Origin: Takakia lepidozioides
Taxonomy: Eukaryota > Plantae > Bryophyta
Direction: 5' to 3'
DNA: 64,000 nucleotides
NCBI GenBank assembly: GCA_030704615.1
Contig: CM060734.1
Location: forward strand, 36,642,001 to 36,706,000
Under the pieces are notes generated by a model that was not told where the DNA came from, made no database searches, and saw only the letters and a list, made by a program, of their open reading frames with translations. The translations under genes were made by a program, and so were the position numbers. This document shows positions 60,601 to 64,000 of the stretch, piece by piece; positions within the stretch are counted from its first letter, which is position 1, and each line of letters begins with the position of its first letter.

Positions 60601-60770
60601 AGAAATGACACCCTATAAAAAAAATTCAGGTATCAAACCCCGCTTATCTCATCTTAAGATATTTGGCAACAAATCTTAAGTTCATGTTGACCAACAATAC
60701 AGAGGAAAACTTGATGTTAAGTCGATAGTTTGCATGCTACTGGGTTATGATACAGAAACCAAGGCGTAAA
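57619..60770 (+). mobile_element. Ty1/Copia retrotransposon C, degenerate, 3'-truncated
   Basis: 5' LTR 57619-57856 (TG...CA) and PBS TGGTATCAGAGC (57857-57868, tRNA-iMet). Then gag (LNSLPESY), CNRCGKIGH*AKDC, WIVDSGASRH, LWHRRL, integrase RSDRGGEF/PQQNGVSE. Many stops; no RT visible. Confidence 0.92.
59884..60394. mobile_element. Solo LTR (511 bp) nested in the Copia C integrase, 4-bp TSD GCTT
   Basis: Termini TGTCATG...CACGACA; GCTT at 59880-59883 and 60395-60398. Excision restores EFSAYLQSHGITRQLT in frame. Confidence 0.88.
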
Positions 60771-61699
60771 ATGAAAGACCTATCCAGAAATTGAAGTATA
60801 TTGAGACATTTATCCACAAAACAAAGGAATTTGATTCAGACATGCAGTCCAATATGCTAACCCTGGCAATAAAAGACAACAAAGGGGGCTCAAAAGTCAA
60901 ACTGTTCTCAAGACATCTTACTAATGCAACTCTCAATCCAGTTTGCTTAGGCAAAATGCTTCATGTTGCTTGGTCCTTGGACCATCCCTAACATCAAGGC
61001 AATTATTGTGGCCTCATTGTCTTCTATCCATCGCTTCAGCTGAAGAGTAGGGCGCACGCTGCCAGGCCCGGGCTCGCCTTACATAATCTGCCCTAGGCGG
61101 CCCGTTCCCTAACATTAAGAGCGCGTACGATATACAATAATACGGAGCAAATTATGCATGTCAATTTTTACCAGGTCCAGAAGGCAGTAGCCCTTCGGGG
61201 TTAACATAATTTACACTAATTCCTTCGGGAGGCGTCATATACTATAATGTTTCACTTATATGATTCCAAGAAAATGGATTTTATGAAAGGTTAGTCCAAA
61301 TTGTGAGCATCTGAAGTCAACTTGACCTACAAGTGCTAAAATCTGTCACACGACTTCCATGTGATCGTGAAATTGTCATTTCAGTTATTTTATGGTGATT
61401 ACTGACCCAAAGGCCGCGAAAGACAATCTTTGTGTCTTAGCATCATATTTCAAAAGCAACAGATGCATCAGCCGTCTAATAACAAAATTGAGACATGTTG
61501 CTATATGTGCTTACCTCGCACACTATAACACACCATGACATCACAGTCAATCTAAGTACACCCAAACTTAAAGTTATGTCGGTCCGAAACATTCTCGCGG
61601 CCCAATCATAGGTCTGTCTGTATCGGCAATACTCGGAGGTTTAGGTGGGCTCCCAATCTATGGAGACTGGTTGTTGATCTCACGTCCTCTGAAGGAGTG

Positions 61700-64000
61700 A
61701 TCTTAGATGTTGAAGAGACTTTGTGTTTGATTGAAAAAAAAATTCTCCTGCATTTTTGAATTCAAGCGTGCATTTTGTGGAAGAGGTCATCAAGTACGGG
61801 GAAATCCATGCAAGGTGGATGTACCATGAAAGATACATAAAAGTGTTGAAAAGTTATGTCAAAAAATCTTTCGTGACATACACAAATTCACTTGCTATCT
61901 TGCTCTATGCTCAGTACTGGATTCATCGTCTCCACCCAGCCACCACACTGTGCATATTTTTGTTCAATCAATTTGTTCACCATCGCAGGGCAGACTTCTA
62001 CATAAGAGCTCTCTGTTCCCTTTGCCGTGCTTTCTTTTATGTACAGCTGTCACTTTCCACGTTGAAGTATGGTTTTTTTAATCTGTTCCTATAGTTGCTA
62101 GCCACCTCACATGTCATCACGTTACATATTCCATTTCATTAAAAAAAACGTGGCGCAGGCAGGGTGGCGGTCTCCGTGACGCCAGGGCGTCGCGGCTTGT
62201 GACCCCCGGACTAAAAAACACGTCGCAGGGGGTGTCGGGCGTTGCCGCCCGCAAATGGGGTTTGCGACGCCCGATCGTCGCTACTTGCGATCCCCACCCA
62301 AAAAACACGTTGTTATTGGCGACGTGCTGCAGTCAAGAGGGCAACCTGGTTGGGAGGGGGGTTGGGGGTTCATTTTGGGGGTGAATTGGGGGTGGTTTTT
62401 TGTTTTTTTCCTGGTTTTGTATTTGGGGATGGGAGAACTTACAATTCCATTTCTCTGAGTTAGCAGGTACACAATTGAGCAAGCATGAATCGAGGGTGAG
62501 GACGGTGCGACACATGAATAAGATGGAAGATGGAAATATGGAAATATATTTACAAAAAGTGAGCTGAAAAACTCACAAGGGTTCAGTAGATTGACCCTGG
62601 GACCTACATGGACTAGGACTAGTCATCCTCATCCTCATCCTCAGTGGAGGACTCAGAGCTATCTGATGAGCCTGATGACTCCGCGCCCTTTGCCAGAGCA
62701 CGTAAATGAGGCGGCGTTCCCCTAAGTCCCACAGAGCTCTCATCCAATCCCTAGGCATGACCCTCGACCTCATCCATACTAGTGCCCTGTAGTGCACTCA
62801 TCCCCTCTGTGTTGGTCATGTTCTTCATGAGGGATTGCCAACCATGCTCCTTGGCGTAATTGTACTCTACCGGAGATGGCTTCCTCTCAAACGCACGTTG
62901 CTACACATGCCACAAATTAAAATCAGTTCTTCGTGATGATGGAGCCAGAAAGAAGACATAATAAAATCCATAGGGAAGTACGACTTACAAATCGCAAGAT
63001 AAAACCCTTGGATCCGCCGGCGCCCCACTTGTGTGTGGATTTGTGCTTGTCAAGGCGGACTGTTGTTGCTTCGCGTGCCCGGTCAAATTTGGCCTTGTTT
63101 GCGGCATCAGTCTCTCCCGCAATGAGTGCATCCCACGATACCTATGCACCCCCCCCCCCCCCCCCCCCCCGCCCCCCCAACAATTAGTGAATTACACACA
63201 TACGTTGCATCGAATCCACCTCATTAATGCACATGCGACAAATGGAAGGTGACATGATTCAGGATTTGCCAACCTATGTAATTCCATAAGGTGGTTTGGG
63301 TATGGCCCCCTTTTCCATTGCCCTCCGAATGATCTGTCTGGCACGGTACCTCCTATCCTTCAAGTTTCGTCCCACCATCTCCATCACCCTTGTGTCACTC
63401 CAATTGCCCGAAAAACCGGCGGTCTAACTCACGGGCATACGCCCGCTTCGCGCCAAAGTGCTGATCAGCCCACTCGATGTGCAAAGGGAACCACCTCAAT
63501 GCGAGTTCAAAGGCTGGCTTCTTCATAGCCTCCCAGAACGCACCGCAGGGATCACCATGGCGATTCACCTCCACCGGTGGCACCACGATCTTTGCCAACT
63601 CCACATCCTGTATCGCCAAGGCTATCCCACCCTCTCCCTTCTTTGTAGCCTCCTTCCCCTGCTCCTTTGTTACCCCACTGCCCTCCCCCGCATGCACACT
63701 CACCCATTCCTCTCTATGGGACTTCTTCTTCTTCTTCTTCTTTTCCTTCCCCTTCTCCACGACCATCTCCTTCCCCTTCCCCGCTACTTCCTCTCTCTCC
63801 TTCTCCCTCTCCCTTCTCTCTCTCTCCTCGGCAGCCCCTTCATTGATGGTAAAAGCGATCTTGGGAGATCGAGGCCTCTTCTTCTTACCTTTGGTGTTCG
63901 GGTCCTTCATGAACACCACGTGTTCTCCCTCATTGGCAACCCCACTGGACTGCACCAATGAGGCCAGCCATGTTGCTGCCTCCTGAAGACAAATAACCCC
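61700..64000. mobile_element. CACTA/EnSpm-like remnants
   Basis: VHFVEEVIKYGEIHARWMYHERYIKVLKSYV (+, ~61768-61860) resembles the CACTA transposase C-terminal (DUF4218-type) motif. A cluster of CGTCGC/GCGACG subterminal-type repeats lies at ~62150-62330. The K/E-rich minus ORF 63395-63958 may be an accessory (TnpA-like) ORF. No termini identified. Confidence 0.55.

Noticed and set aside
63148-63830. Poly-C tract, (CTT)n and CT-rich runs, and the overlapping + ORFs 63458-63986
   Set aside because: Low-complexity sequence and antisense shadows of the K/E-rich minus ORF.

Overview
Eukaryotic land-plant nuclear DNA, probably from a seed-free lineage (inferred from the TE types and a possibly cilium-related gene). 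The left 7.3 kb is an inverted duplication (arms ~1-2613 and ~2979-5531) carrying two head-to-head PLS-class PPR genes. The + copy is a complete PPR-E1-E2-DYW C-to-U RNA-editing factor. Reading across introns shows that both copies carry up to three N-terminal 'PDF' motifs (W..F..P..WWDNR..K|.HP..PDFKHK...SLW.....PAWV...L), the module known from plant organellar ssDNA-binding OSB proteins; this fusion is the most notable item. The 303-bp P-L-S triplets are near-identical but vary at the RNA-recognition code residues, and the two paralogs differ there. The rest of the window holds a small two-exon coiled-coil gene, a 14-kb multi-exon coiled-coil gene with intronic RTE-X-like LINEs, an intronless PNGase A, and a duplicated SINA E3-ligase/SAUR block disrupted by Copia elements. 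It also holds a TTAA-flanked piggyBac-like MITE with an empty-site paralog in the same window, a third Copia carrying a nested solo LTR with a 4-bp TSD, and CACTA remnants. All calls were made by eye, with no searches run; exon models are unverified.
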